Origin: Adineta vaga | Lineage: Eukaryota > Animalia > Rotifera | DNA: 64,000 bases | Assembly: GCA_021613535.1 (NCBI GenBank) | Contig: CP075497.1 | Coordinates: 8,804,001-8,868,000 of the forward strand | Direction of reading: 5' to 3' | Shown: positions 1 through 22,534 of the stretch, piece by piece | How the letters are laid out: each line of letters opens with the position of its first letter | How positions within the stretch are numbered: position 1 is the stretch's first letter | Notes under the pieces: model-generated | Seen by the model: only the letters and a program-made list of their open reading frames with translations | The model's database searches: none | What the model was told of the DNA's origin: nothing | Made by a program: the position numbers and the translations under genes

Positions 1-807
1 AGTATAGAAGAAGCTGTTAGTCAAGGCAATATTCTTATGTTACTTATTCCTGATGAAGATCAACAAACTGTTTGGAATGAAAAAATTCGTAAAAATATTA
101 AACCCAATAGTACATTAGTCGTTGCAAGTGGCTATAATATTGCATTTAATTTACTTGATTTACCTGATGATATGGATGCTGTCATGGTAGCTCCACGAAT
201 GATTGGTGCCGGTGTACGTGATCGTTATGTACAGAATATTCCTTATCCGTGTTTTGTATCCGTTGAAAAAGATGTTAGTGGTGCAGCGTTAGCTACATGT
301 TTATCTATTGCATGTGCAATTGGTGCTACACGAGGAAATGGTGCTGTAGGCTCATCATGTCGTGAAGAAGCTGGCATTGATTTATTTGCTGAACAAGCTC
401 TTTGGCCAGAAATTATGGCAATATTTCGTGAAGGTTATAATGTTTTACGTGAAGCCGGATTTTCTGATGAAGCAATTTTATTTGATATGTATTTAAGTAA
501 AGAACCAGCTGAAATTTTTGAACGTGCTGCTGATGAAGGTTTTGTTAAACAATTGAAATATCATTCTCGAACAAGTCAATATGGACAATTATCAACAATG
601 AATCGTAATGATGGCAACGAAATTCGTGAAAAATTCCGACGCGTCCTTAATGATAATATTCTGTCAGGAAATTTTGCAAAGAAATGGTCGGATACAAAAT
701 GGGCTGCAGAAGAATTAGCAAAAGAATGGAAAGAAGTCGAAAAAGCACCTATTGTACAAGCTGATCAACGTGTACGCGACGTTCTTAAACCAGACAGAAA
801 AAAATAG
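1..807 (+). CDS. ilvC: Ketol-acid reductoisomerase (KARI)-family protein, short class I type, 5'-truncated by the window edge; candidate horizontally acquired gene
   Basis: Frame open from base 1: SIEEAVSQGNILMLLIPDEDQ, MVAPRMIG, DLFAEQ and HSRTSQYG match KARI Rossmann/knotted-domain motifs; no introns in the visible part. Confidence 0.85.
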   Translation, partial: SIEEAVSQGNILMLLIPDEDQQTVWNEKIRKNIKPNSTLVVASGYNIAFNLLDLPDDMDAVMVAPRMIGAGVRDRYVQNIPYPCFVSVEKDVSGAALATCLSIACAIGATRGNGAVGSSCREEAGIDLFAEQALWPEIMAIFREGYNVLREAGFSDEAILFDMYLSKEPAEIFERAADEGFVKQLKYHSRTSQYGQLSTMNRNDGNEIREKFRRVLNDNILSGNFAKKWSDTKWAAEELAKEWKEVEKAPIVQADQRVRDVLKPDRKK

Positions 808-929
808 ATTTTCTCTTATTTTTCTGATTTATCATTTATCTCTTCTCTCTTCTTTTTTTCTTTGTCTGAAGTAGATAGTTTGAAATAAAAAGTAAAGATT
901 AGATAAACTCACCTTATGATACATTTTAG

Positions 930-3900
930 ATGAATAAACAGAAATTTATGTTTACAAATAACATCATCCGAATTCTTCTTGTGATAGGAATGTCTGCTTT
1001 TCTTCTCATCGTTTTTCTTTTGTTTGGGTACGTAATATTAATTCGAATAGAAAACAATTATTCTTCTTTAATTTTCATTCAGAAAAATACATGCTGTTGT
1101 CTTTATTCTTCTTATCATTTCCAGTTATAAATTGACGGATTATTATGTGTATGTAAAAGTTTTGTGTTTCATTGTATGAATAAACGGAATCATTTAATTA
1201 TCTAGATGGACATCGAACAATCCAGGTAAATCGTTTACATGTTGGCCAAATTTGATTGTATTTTTCGATGTAACGAAGGTAGAAAGATTTCCATGCAATT
1301 TATTCTAAAACAAAAAAGAGATGAATTTTTAGAATATCAAATCAGAAATTCGACAAAAACAGGGGTAATCTAATAAATCTATCCTAATTAAAATGTATGC
1401 ATTTCTTTTATTTGTAGTGCCAATTGTAACTATATACATAAGAATCCATGGATTCATCTGATGGTTTCGAAAAACTTGGATTCTGCTCTCGATGAAGTAT
1501 ATATATATCAACTAGATTCGTTTCATGCTATAATTGTGAATTGCTTTTTGTTTACAGTTTTGTCGTCTTTGTCTTCGAGATCATATCTATCCATGGTTAT
1601 CGTAAGTCTTGTTTATTATCAAAAGTATGACTCAATGAAAAGAAGTCTTGCTCTTTTTTTTAGAACTATTACTCATGATGACACTTTTGTTTATGAGACA
1701 AAACATGTCTTTCGATATCTTTTGGCAACAATTATTCGTCGTTTACAAAATGTAAGATTCAATACTTTTCGACGTGTTTTTTTTCTTTTGAAAAATGACA
1801 AATACTTGACATATAATATAATGTCTACTTAGGTTGATATCAATGCTTTTATTGTTGAACGTTTTCTTCCATTAATATTCCAAACATGTGATCGTTATAT
1901 TCATACGAGAGACAAATATTCTGCAAATGATTCCGTTGATTTTCTTCGAAAAATGTATAAAGATGATCTTCATTTAGCCATGTATAATCGTCAAACTGAA
2001 ATTCGATATCTCAAACAAATCATTCTCGATGTAATGCCAATTATAACACCAAAATTTATTACTGATTGTAAAGTTTCACGTCATCTTCTTTGTGAATTAT
2101 TTGTTTGTCAAATTTTACTTGATGGAATCGATACAATATGTCAACCGAATGTCTTAAATCGTTTATTTCATTTATATTTTACAACTGCTATTCAACGTCG
2201 ACAACAAGCAACTATCATATCCAATCCAATTCAACCAGTTAATTCATCCGTAGAAGTTCTCTCACAGTTTTGCGCTATGAATAGAATATTACATAAAAAT
2301 CAATTAGTTTTAGATTTAACTGATGTAATGAATGAAAAAGAATTAATGAATCAATTCAGTTGTGTACTTGATCGTCATGGTTCTATTGGGTTATTGAGTA
2401 TTTATTTATCATTAAGTGATGTTTTAAATGAAATTCCATTAGCATCAGATATCTTAGTTCGAAAGAAACTTTATCAACGTCTCAAACATATTGATGACCT
2501 TTATCTAAATCCAATAAATTATAATTCTTATATTGTAATTAGTAATCCATCGAATGATCAAGATACTCTTATTGATGAAATCAAACATTTAATTTACTAT
2601 GATTTGGAACCGAGTATTGCTGATGATGATGATGATAAAAATGCATCGAATGATTTGAAAAAAAACTTCAATGTTCAACAGACATTTACATTATTATCAA
2701 GATTTCATTGTAGAATTTATGAATTAATTGAAGAAAAATATCAACGAGAATTTTTAACAAGTGACGAACATTTTCTGTATATATGTGGACAAAGAATGGA
2801 CTCACCAGATTATCGATTAAGAGAGAAAACGTATGTAATCTTCGATTTATTTTTACTCTCATTGAAAACAAAGAAGATTAGATCGATTTTACAATTTATT
2901 ACAGAGAATTTAGTTTTCTTTTTATCTCTAGAAATACAAATGGCAATATGAATAAACCTGGTTCTTCGAAACATTATACAACAACATCTTATCAAGGTAT
3001 CTAATCGATCAATCTTTCCGAATGTATTGAATAAAATGTAATTAACTCAAATGATTTCTGTTTCAGAAATGGAAGAAAAAGATGATCTACATTTGAAATG
3101 TCCTGATGATACCACAAGTGTTTGCAGTAGTACAGTATGTTTATTTTTCTGTTCGATAGATATCTGTTTTTGTTTTGCTAAATTGTCTGATTTGATTTAG
3201 TCATTGGATGAACGAGATTTGAGTACATGGCAAATTCGAATTGATCATGCTGAAGAATTACGTGAAAATTTAAATACAAATTCGAAATATTGTGCCTATA
3301 TTATTGAAATTCATCGATTCGAATCAACTAACGGTATGTATTCTTTTTTCTTACGTTAAAATATAAGAATGAAGTTTTTTGAGTTTAGATAGTCCATTGA
3401 TTCAACATGACGAAAAACCTCATTGGATAGTTGCCAGGTAAAGAGTTTTGATTTGAATAATTTCAATTGAATGATAATTTGTATGTTTTGATTTTAGACG
3501 TTATCAAGATTTTTATTTATTAGAACAAAAATTAACTGAATTTCATGGCATTTTTTCTGATGCTCGTCTACCGCCAAAACGATCAACAACAATTGCAAGA
3601 GATCTTAAGTTCCTGGAATCAATCAAACATGATTTGCAACATTTTTTACAAGTAACATTTTTTATTTTAGTATCTAATCTGTTGTTTACTTGCTTTTTTC
3701 TTTTAGCATTTATTATCCAAACCGACATTACGTAATAGTGAATTGTTGTATAATTTCTTGACGCAACCAGATGATTTTACTCTACCTAATGGAGAAATTA
3801 TTCTAGCTAAAGTATTTAAAGTTGTACCGAGACGATTGCGTATTGAAGTAAGATATATTGCATGAATTTGTTTAGAAAAAAAAGTAAAGTTTTATACATT

Positions 3901-5026
3901 TGATGTAGAAAGGACAAGATCTTGAACCATTTCTTCTATCATTATTGAATTTTATCGAACCAACCAAAGCTAAAGCAACACAACCGAGTCCAATATTTAA
4001 CGATATTATTGAAGAAAAGGTAACGTTATTTTCATGGTTTATGCATTCTTGCAATTAAAAACTACTGTACTCTAAACCTTTTCGTCTAAAATTTCATAAT
4101 TTAGAAACGATATAACACAATGAATTTTTTGTCTTCTTATTTAGCTTCAAAATTCTATGTATGGAAATAATGCAAATATTACTGAACCTTTCTTCGAACC
4201 GATGACAGAAGACACTGCGAATCACTCTTGTGAAGAAATCGACAGTACTTATAATCATCTTGTTTTTATTAGTGAGTATATTTATGAAATGATCTCGATT
4301 ATTCTGTGATCTTATTGTTATGATTTATAGTTAAACAAGTTTTTTCTGCATCGCCATTATTGATTCATTTCTTGAATTTATTCTATGTTCCATTAAAGAA
4401 CACATTTGATACATTCTTTACACATTTTGTTGAAACACGGATGGATGAAATACTCAGTAATGATGAGAATATTATTGATATTATTCATGCTCTTCGAGGT
4501 ATTGATCTAAGATTCCAACAGATAATTTGTAAAAGTTTTGTTTTAGATGCGATATTTCCTGATGTTGCACAAGAAAAAGAGTAAGAGAAAGATTTTACCT
4601 TTCTATGAATGTAAGAATGAGAATGTTTGCATTTTTTAGACCAACAGATATGGTGAATTTCGAGGATGTTATTGCATCAGCTGAAGAATTTATTCCAAGT
4701 ATGAACGAGAGAGAAATTACACCTTATGAAAAAGACGATTCGAATTGTAGAAGAAGAGTTTCATAGTTAGTATTGTATTTAGATATGATCAAGCGTATTA
4801 TTGGCGAAGCAAATGTACAAAATGGTTTACAGATACTTTTACAACATTTTCAAGATCCATTATTGAACAAACAAGTAAGATATTTGATATTTTAAACTTG
4901 ATTAAAAAAAAATGATATATGTACTAGTTATTTTATTTAATTCTCGATGAAGTTCTTTTTGAACTTTTTCCCGAATTACGACTTCAGTTCAGTGCATCAA
5001 GAAGTAGTACAATGGCAACAATGTAG
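930..5026 (+). CDS. SNX14: Sorting nexin 14-like (TM-PXA-RGS-PX-Nexin_C), multi-exon
   Basis: N-terminal hydrophobic segments; PXA-like exons (SK.LDSALDE, YLLATIIRRL, LHLAM); PX motif VARRYQDFYLLEQKLTEFHG; EKGQDLEPFL; C-terminal NKQLFYLILDEVLFELFPEL, then TAG at 5024-5026. Confidence 0.85.
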
Positions 5027-5262
5027 AATGATTTTATTTTTCTTATTAATATTTATTGAGCATGGACATTATTGTTTTACTATTTTTTTCAACATACACG
5101 ACAAATTTTAATCAGTCATTTCATTTTTCTCTTTTGTGTATGATTTATTTTGAATAATCTCACTTTTGTTTGTCGTTGTTTTGTTTTTTCCTATTGTATA
5201 GAATATTTGCAAGAGAAACAAGCTTCCATTTATCTTTCTAGATAAGTGTTGTATTCAATCGA

Positions 5263-9228
<3,966 letters not shown>

Positions 9229-9875
9229 AAGTATCAATTGAAGTAAAAAGTCGATAATCATTTATAACTGCTCTTTCAAAATATTTTCTGGTGATTTTTT
9301 TTTCATTATTTTATAAACGATAGACAAACACTTTTTTATAATAGAAATACGAGATGTAGTTAGTGAATCTAATTTATTTTTAGATGTATAGTATATATAT
9401 CTAGTGTTGTCAATCGCTATGAAACAATTATAACGATATTAACTTCAACTCTACATAATGTTATTCAATAGCTAATATTAAAAGTTTGATTTTTAGTGCA
9501 CTAGAAATCAGTAAAATTCAAGATTGCTAATGAAGTCAGATGTATTTGTAGATAAGTTTTTGAAAATGCTGCTCAATTAATACAATTGCACTGATTTAAA
9601 TTATAATTGTAACGAAAATCGTATCGATTTATAATATTCTTATGAGAGCTAACGCTCTTCTACTATCTAAGAAATGATAATTCAACACAGAGATAAAGAT
9701 CATTACTTCTAGTGCAATACTATCTGAAGAGAATCATCTTTCACTATTTATCTCGAAAAAATAACATAATAAATAGTTATTGTTTAGTTTAATTCGATTT
9801 ATTAATGATTGCTCATTGCTGAGTGGTAAAAAATAATCAAATACTTTCTTATAGATAAGTGTTGTACATCAAGGA

Positions 9876-13657
<3,782 letters not shown>

Positions 13658-14016
13658 GAATAAGTGCAATGATAAAAAAAAAAGTAACTGTTTTCTTTTA
13701 TGCATATCTTTTCAAAAATGATTAAGTTATTTTATTGATGATTAATGTTATTTTTATATTGTTTCTTACAAGATTCAAACATACTGTGATTGAATTGTGA
13801 CTTTTTTTCCCCCGATAATTTATGTTTGAATGAATAGAATTATAGAAATGATTGCATTTGTGTTATATCATAATATTTTATTTTCAGATAAAATATATCA
13901 AGATTGTTTAAGATTTAAAATTTGTTTCTGATATTTCTCAGTTTGTATATTTATATTTACACAATACACATGTAGATAGTTTTTCATATTATAGATAAAC
14001 GAAATATTCAAAGTGA

Positions 14017-17609
<3,593 letters not shown>

Positions 17610-17678
17610 TAGTGACACGAATGTACAACAGATGAATAGCAATATTTTTTTACATTGTGTCTTTTTTTTATGTTTCTC

Positions 17679-17739
17679 ATCTCGATATCTTTCAAAACAT
17701 GATTATTTATTGAATTACACTTTCAAACGTGCGATGATC
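17679..17739 (+). repeat. 61-bp direct repeat, copy A (copy B at 20981-21041)
   Basis: atctcgatatctttcaaaacatgattatttattg...atgatc aligns ungapped with 20981-21041 at 52/61 identity (33 of the first 34 bases). Confidence 0.85.
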
Positions 17740-18108
17740 CAAATATACAAATCTTTATAGTTCATTTAATTTTTGATTTATTTTGTCGAATAAACTTGAG
17801 ATTTATAAAGCATATGTAGATGATCTTACTATAATCAATCCTCGCAAAAAAACATTCTAAACTGAAAAGGAATACAGAAGAGCATTAATTTAATTTACCA
17901 TTCTTTAGAGAGCAATTGATGTCCTTCGATAGTTCTACGTAATTATTCTTTTACAGATACTGCGATACTTCTGATTAAAACCCTATCTGCTATTCATCAC
18001 CTTTTTTTACCCGTTTCGATTCAAAATCAATGCAACATCATTTATCAACAAAAGAAACAGAGACACAAAATATACATTTGAATTCATTCAATTTACACAT
18101 GTCCTTGT

Positions 18109-18336
18109 TTAACTAATATAGTGTTGACGAATCGAAGATGGAATGCCAGTGTAAGGTTGAAACTGATTATAGTTTAATGGAGTAAAATCAATTTCACGTT
18201 CAACACCAACATGTCCAGTCAATGGATTCATATAGACATCACTATCTTGTGTATAGATTCCAAAACCATAATTACCATAGCCAATTGTATGATAATCACC
18301 ATTCCAAGTATTGCTAACAATTGGTGAAGCAAACAT
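18109..18336 (-). CDS. Unknown 75-aa Gly/Tyr/Asn-rich protein, left palindrome copy
   Basis: Intact ORF in both arms, upstream TATA box, ATG context tcaacATG; no family recognised. Confidence 0.7.
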   Translation of the reverse strand: MFASPIVSNTWNGDYHTIGYGNYGFGIYTQDSDVYMNPLTGHVGVEREIDFTPLNYNQFQPYTGIPSSIRQHYIS

Positions 18337-18984
18337 GTTGATATGTGTAAGAGTGCAAAGTAAACAATTGATAATAGTAAGATATTTGTTTGTTGTATGA
18401 AAATATGAGAGAATGTAGTGAGTATTTATACTTAGATGATATTATCATTACGCAATAATTATACTAAATATCCTCGATCGAAGGTAGAAACATATACGTG
18501 AAAACGTATAAATCTACGTCATCATTGACGTATTATTGATGTGTTGTATTCGTGCGAAAAGAGTAAAAATAGATGTTCGGAGTAAGAACATGTACTTTTT
18601 GAATAAAAGAAAGCATTCATTATTATTTGATTTGATGACGCCCATCTTGATATATTTCGCCGCAATGAAAATTAAGTGCATTCTCTCTGTGAATTAAATA
18701 TAGATTTTTTTATGCATTGTTAATTTTAAGTTCCATAAAAATCGTGTAAATAAATTCATGATGTCTAATAATATTTTTGTCGTACAATTTGCTTTTCACT
18801 CTCAATTCTTCTTTTGCATCCAGTTAGTTTGTTATCTAACATTTTCATAATGATCAAGATCATTAATCAGCCGTAAAAGAAACAAATAAAATAATAATGA
18901 ATGCTTTCTTTTATTCAAAAAGTACATGTTCTTACTCCGAACATCTATTTTTACTCTTTTCGCACGAATACAACACATCAATAA

Positions 18985-19094
18985 TACGTCAATGATGACG
19001 TAGATTTATACGTTTTCACGTATATGTTTCTACCTTCGATCGAGGATATTTAGTATAATTATTGCGTAATGATAATATCATCTAAGTATAAATA
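18985..19094 (+). promoter_or_regulatory. Candidate promoter of the 75-aa gene (mirrored in the left arm)
   Basis: Inverted CRE-like half sites tacgtca-atga-tgacgta at 18985-19002; C/EBP/PAR-like attgcgtaat at 19061-19070; TATA box tataaata at 19087-19094, about 90 nt before the ATG. Confidence 0.55.
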
Positions 19095-19180
19095 CTCACT
19101 ACATTCTCTCATATTTTCATACAACAAACAAATATCTTACTATTATCAATTGTTTACTTTGCACTCTTACACATATCAAC

Positions 19181-19408
19181 ATGTTTGCTTCACCAATTGT
19201 TAGCAATACTTGGAATGGTGATTATCGTACAATTGGCTATGGTAATTATGGTTTTGGAATCTATACACAAGATAGTGATATTTATATGAATCCATTGACT
19301 GGACATGTTGGTGTTGAACGTGAAATTGATTTTACTCCATTAAACTATAATCAGTTTCAACCTTACACTGGCATTCCATCTTCGATTCGTCAACACTATA
19401 TTAGTTAA
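19181..19408 (+). CDS. Unknown 75-aa Gly/Tyr/Asn-rich protein, right palindrome copy
   Basis: Differs from the left copy at two residues (H/R, V/I); otherwise identical. Confidence 0.7.
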   Translation: MFASPIVSNTWNGDYRTIGYGNYGFGIYTQDSDIYMNPLTGHVGVEREIDFTPLNYNQFQPYTGIPSSIRQHYIS

Positions 19409-20980
19409 ACAAGGACATGTGTAAATTGAATGAATTCAAATGTATATTTTGTGTCTCTGTTTCTTTCTTTCTTTCTTTTTTTCTTGATGAAATATAATGC
19501 GAAGAAACAAACAATTAGTTTCTTTTGTTGATAAATGATGTTGCATTGATTTTGAATCGAAACGGGTAAAAAAAGGTGATGAATAGCAGATAGGGTTTTA
19601 ATCAGAGGTATTCGACTTTCTTGTAGTATGTCTTCCAGAATCGATTCCTATCTTTTATTAGAAGAGGATAGTGCTATTCAAGAAAAAAAATTTGAAGTGA
19701 TTCATTTTTTACCTATTATTCAGGAAATAATACAATTGTCGATGTAGAAACTGATAAGATAATTTATAAAAAAAACGTCTAAAAACGAAGTGTAACCGTG
19801 CTCCATTGTCTCATAGAATTTGGTAATCAATGATAGAGTTGATAAAATGTTATAAATTACATCCATATCAGAACTATTAACTGTTGTTGATATAGAAAAA
19901 GAAAGCCGTGAATCTACTTAGTTTTCATCTTTTGTCCGTACACTGCTATCTACGGTTCACTTCGTTTGATCTGAACACCATTGAATATATTGTCAAAATT
20001 GTATTTAAAAACTTTGAATTTAACAGAGTACAATATTTTCATTACTTTATCAGGAATTCTCTAAAGAGATTAGTATTAATGATACGATGGCAATTCAAGA
20101 AATTATTCGCCTACCAGCATACTTATTATGTATTTTATCGTTTCAGGTAAGAATAGATCCGTTTCCCCATCATTCCGGTCAATTCTTTCTTAATTGCATG
20201 AAAATTACCTTAACATAGCAGAATTGAGATAGAGAGATAAAAGTGTTCGCATTGCAGAACTAAGTAAAAGGTAGAAATAGAAAGATGATGTCATTTTTAT
20301 CGAACTTATATAGTACTGAACAATTTTGTTTCAGAACTTCTTTGCTGTAATAGAAAAACCACCAAAGACGAACCGTCACATCGTAGATTATGATGGGCAG
20401 CTGATGAACCAATAATAGTTAGATTAGAACAAGAACAATCGCAAAAAGAAACAATTCATATAAACAGATTTACCACAGTTAATAATGAAAACATTCTGGT
20501 GCAAGTAAAAAATGACTATCTGTATGATCTATTGAATTCAGATAGTTATTAAAATAGACAAAGTTCTCTCTCTCATAAAATATGATCCTAAAGTATAGTT
20601 CAAAGTTTCATTACATTGTATTCCTCATATTTTTATTTTTCTCTCTCCTTTACTTCTGTTTTTCAGACATTTTACTTCAACTGGGGAAATATTTGTCCAT
20701 ATTGTTAGTGTGACCATTTTCTTCTTACTAATCCCAACTCAATTCAGAGTGATTATTTAGAACTTTCATTTCATTAATTATGTAAATCATTAATTATTTC
20801 GTTGAACATTTAATCAATACTCGAAATGCATTTATATCTTATGAGAATTCTTAAAATTGAATATTATTCATAATTAATAATATCACTATCAATGGACAAT
20901 CACATTCAGATCGTATTGTAATATTTCTGATAAAGCATTTATACGAGAATCTCATTTTGATAAACAACAGTATTTTACTT

Positions 20981-21041
20981 ATCTCGACATCTTTCAAAAC
21001 ATGATTATTTATTGTACAACACATTCAAACATAATATGATC
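20981..21041 (+). repeat. 61-bp direct repeat, copy B; contains the probable minus-strand polyA signal (tttatt) of the quiver-like gene
   Basis: Ungapped match to 17679-17739. Confidence 0.85.
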
Positions 21042-21115
21042 GGACTCTTTTTAAAGTTAAGAGATATTGATCACCGAAAATAAAAGAAGGAAGAAAAAAG
21101 AAAACACACTCGTCA

Positions 21116-21568
21116 CTACAGTGAAAAATAGAAAAGAATGAAAAAAATCCAATAAGTTCGTTGTTGTACTCGAAAATACTTCGCTGAATTACATCTGTCC
21201 GATCCACATAAACATAAGGAATCTGTTTGATGTTTTTTATGCTTATAACATGTTTCAGCTTTTTTTATATGATAATGAAAAATTTTATGACAATCACGTC
21301 GTACATAGCGTACTGTACTTGTTGTATTATCTCCTGTAATACTATCATTTTCACGTGTCCACATTTTTAAACAATAATCATCGCATAAACGCGTAGGAAT
21401 TTGAACTTGAGAAAAAGTTCGTGAATCTTCACATGCTTGAATTTCACGGGAGTCACATATAAAACATTCGACTTGTTTACGACATGAAGCTGAATCAGCT
21501 TGAACTCGACGACGATTATTTGAAAGAATGAATAATAGAAAAAACTCGATGATAACGGTAGTTTGCAT
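21116..21568 (-). CDS. Quiver/sleepless-like Ly6 (three-finger) GPI-anchored protein
   Basis: Signal peptide; ECFICDS, CDDYCLK, VRRDC and CLCGSDRCNS cysteine pattern; hydrophobic C-terminal GPI-type tail; single coding exon with an upstream acceptor near 21629. Confidence 0.75.
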   Translation of the reverse strand: MQTTVIIEFFLLFILSNNRRRVQADSASCRKQVECFICDSREIQACEDSRTFSQVQIPTRLCDDYCLKMWTRENDSITGDNTTSTVRYVRRDCHKIFHYHIKKAETCYKHKKHQTDSLCLCGSDRCNSAKYFRVQQRTYWIFFILFYFSL

Positions 21569-22495
21569 GGTAAATTTGAATTTCTTTCGAATAAATCATA
21601 GTATTCTAAATAATAATGGCTTGTCCATCTAAATGAAGAGAAATATCAATTGAACAAAATATCAAAATAAGAAAAAAGAGAAGGATATTTTGCTGATGAT
21701 CTGTCTATCATGATAATGAGAGAAAACCATCGTATGACACGAAAATCGAATTATTTCTAAGTTATTTCCGGTATCAAATTGATAGTTATCATATTGTCTA
21801 ACATTCTTTTACTCACGATATAATAATAATCATTGTCTTCGAAGAGTTGAGAAGAACTCGCGACTTTTATCTGTTTCTACATTAAATAAAACTTATTTAC
21901 TATTAGTGTCATTTATTTTATTTACTATTCGTCTATCAATGCAGAGAATACAATCTATATAATAATAATAATCAACATGGAAAAAAAAGGAATCAAAGCG
22001 AGAAAAATAGAAAAAGATTAAAAAGTGTATTATTCGCACTTGTATTCGTGTTCAATTGATCGTTCAACACGATTAGAATGATAGCTTACATATAAAAAGA
22101 AAATTAGCAAGAAAAGAGTTCTAGCGAATGAGGAACTCTTAATGACAACAACATCAATGTGCGCATGTCAGACACGAGCAATAATGGTAAAATATACACA
22201 CAGGAGAGAGAGAGAGAAGAATCGAGTTTTCTCTCCAAACGAACAGCTTTTTTGTGTGATGCTATCAAATGAAAGCAAGTCAAAGAAGAAGTCAAAGAGA
22301 AAAAAGACGAGGAAAGAAAGAAGATGATGATGATGATGATGAAGTAGAGGACACAAAACACATCGACGCTAGAAAAGGATAGAGAACGGAATTCAGGGTG
22401 AGAAAAGCGAGAGATACAAACAGTACGACAAACTCCAAGTTTAGGCGACAGCATCGCGACAGTAGCCGCTTGTTTCCTTTTGACTGTTTGTGCAT

Positions 22496-22502
<7 letters not shown>

Positions 22503-22533
<31 letters not shown>
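22503..22533. repeat. (AT)n microsatellite
   Basis: About 15 perfect AT units. Confidence 0.9.

Positions 22534-22534
<1 letters not shown>

Larger units (their letters stand above)
17971..19605. repeat. Long inverted duplication (palindrome): left arm 17971-18628, 260-bp spacer 18629-18888, right arm 18889-19605
   Basis: The arms are reverse complements except for three substitutions seen in the ORF and a 59-bp indel in the right arm (about 19459-19517, bounded by gtttcttt). Confidence 0.97.

Noticed and set aside
19620-20550. Short coding-looking stretches (MSSRIDSYLLLEEDS..., DEPIIVRLEQEQ...) and ORF 19908-20150
   Set aside because: Fragmentary, interrupted by stops, with no recognisable family or consistent splice model; possibly pseudogene debris.
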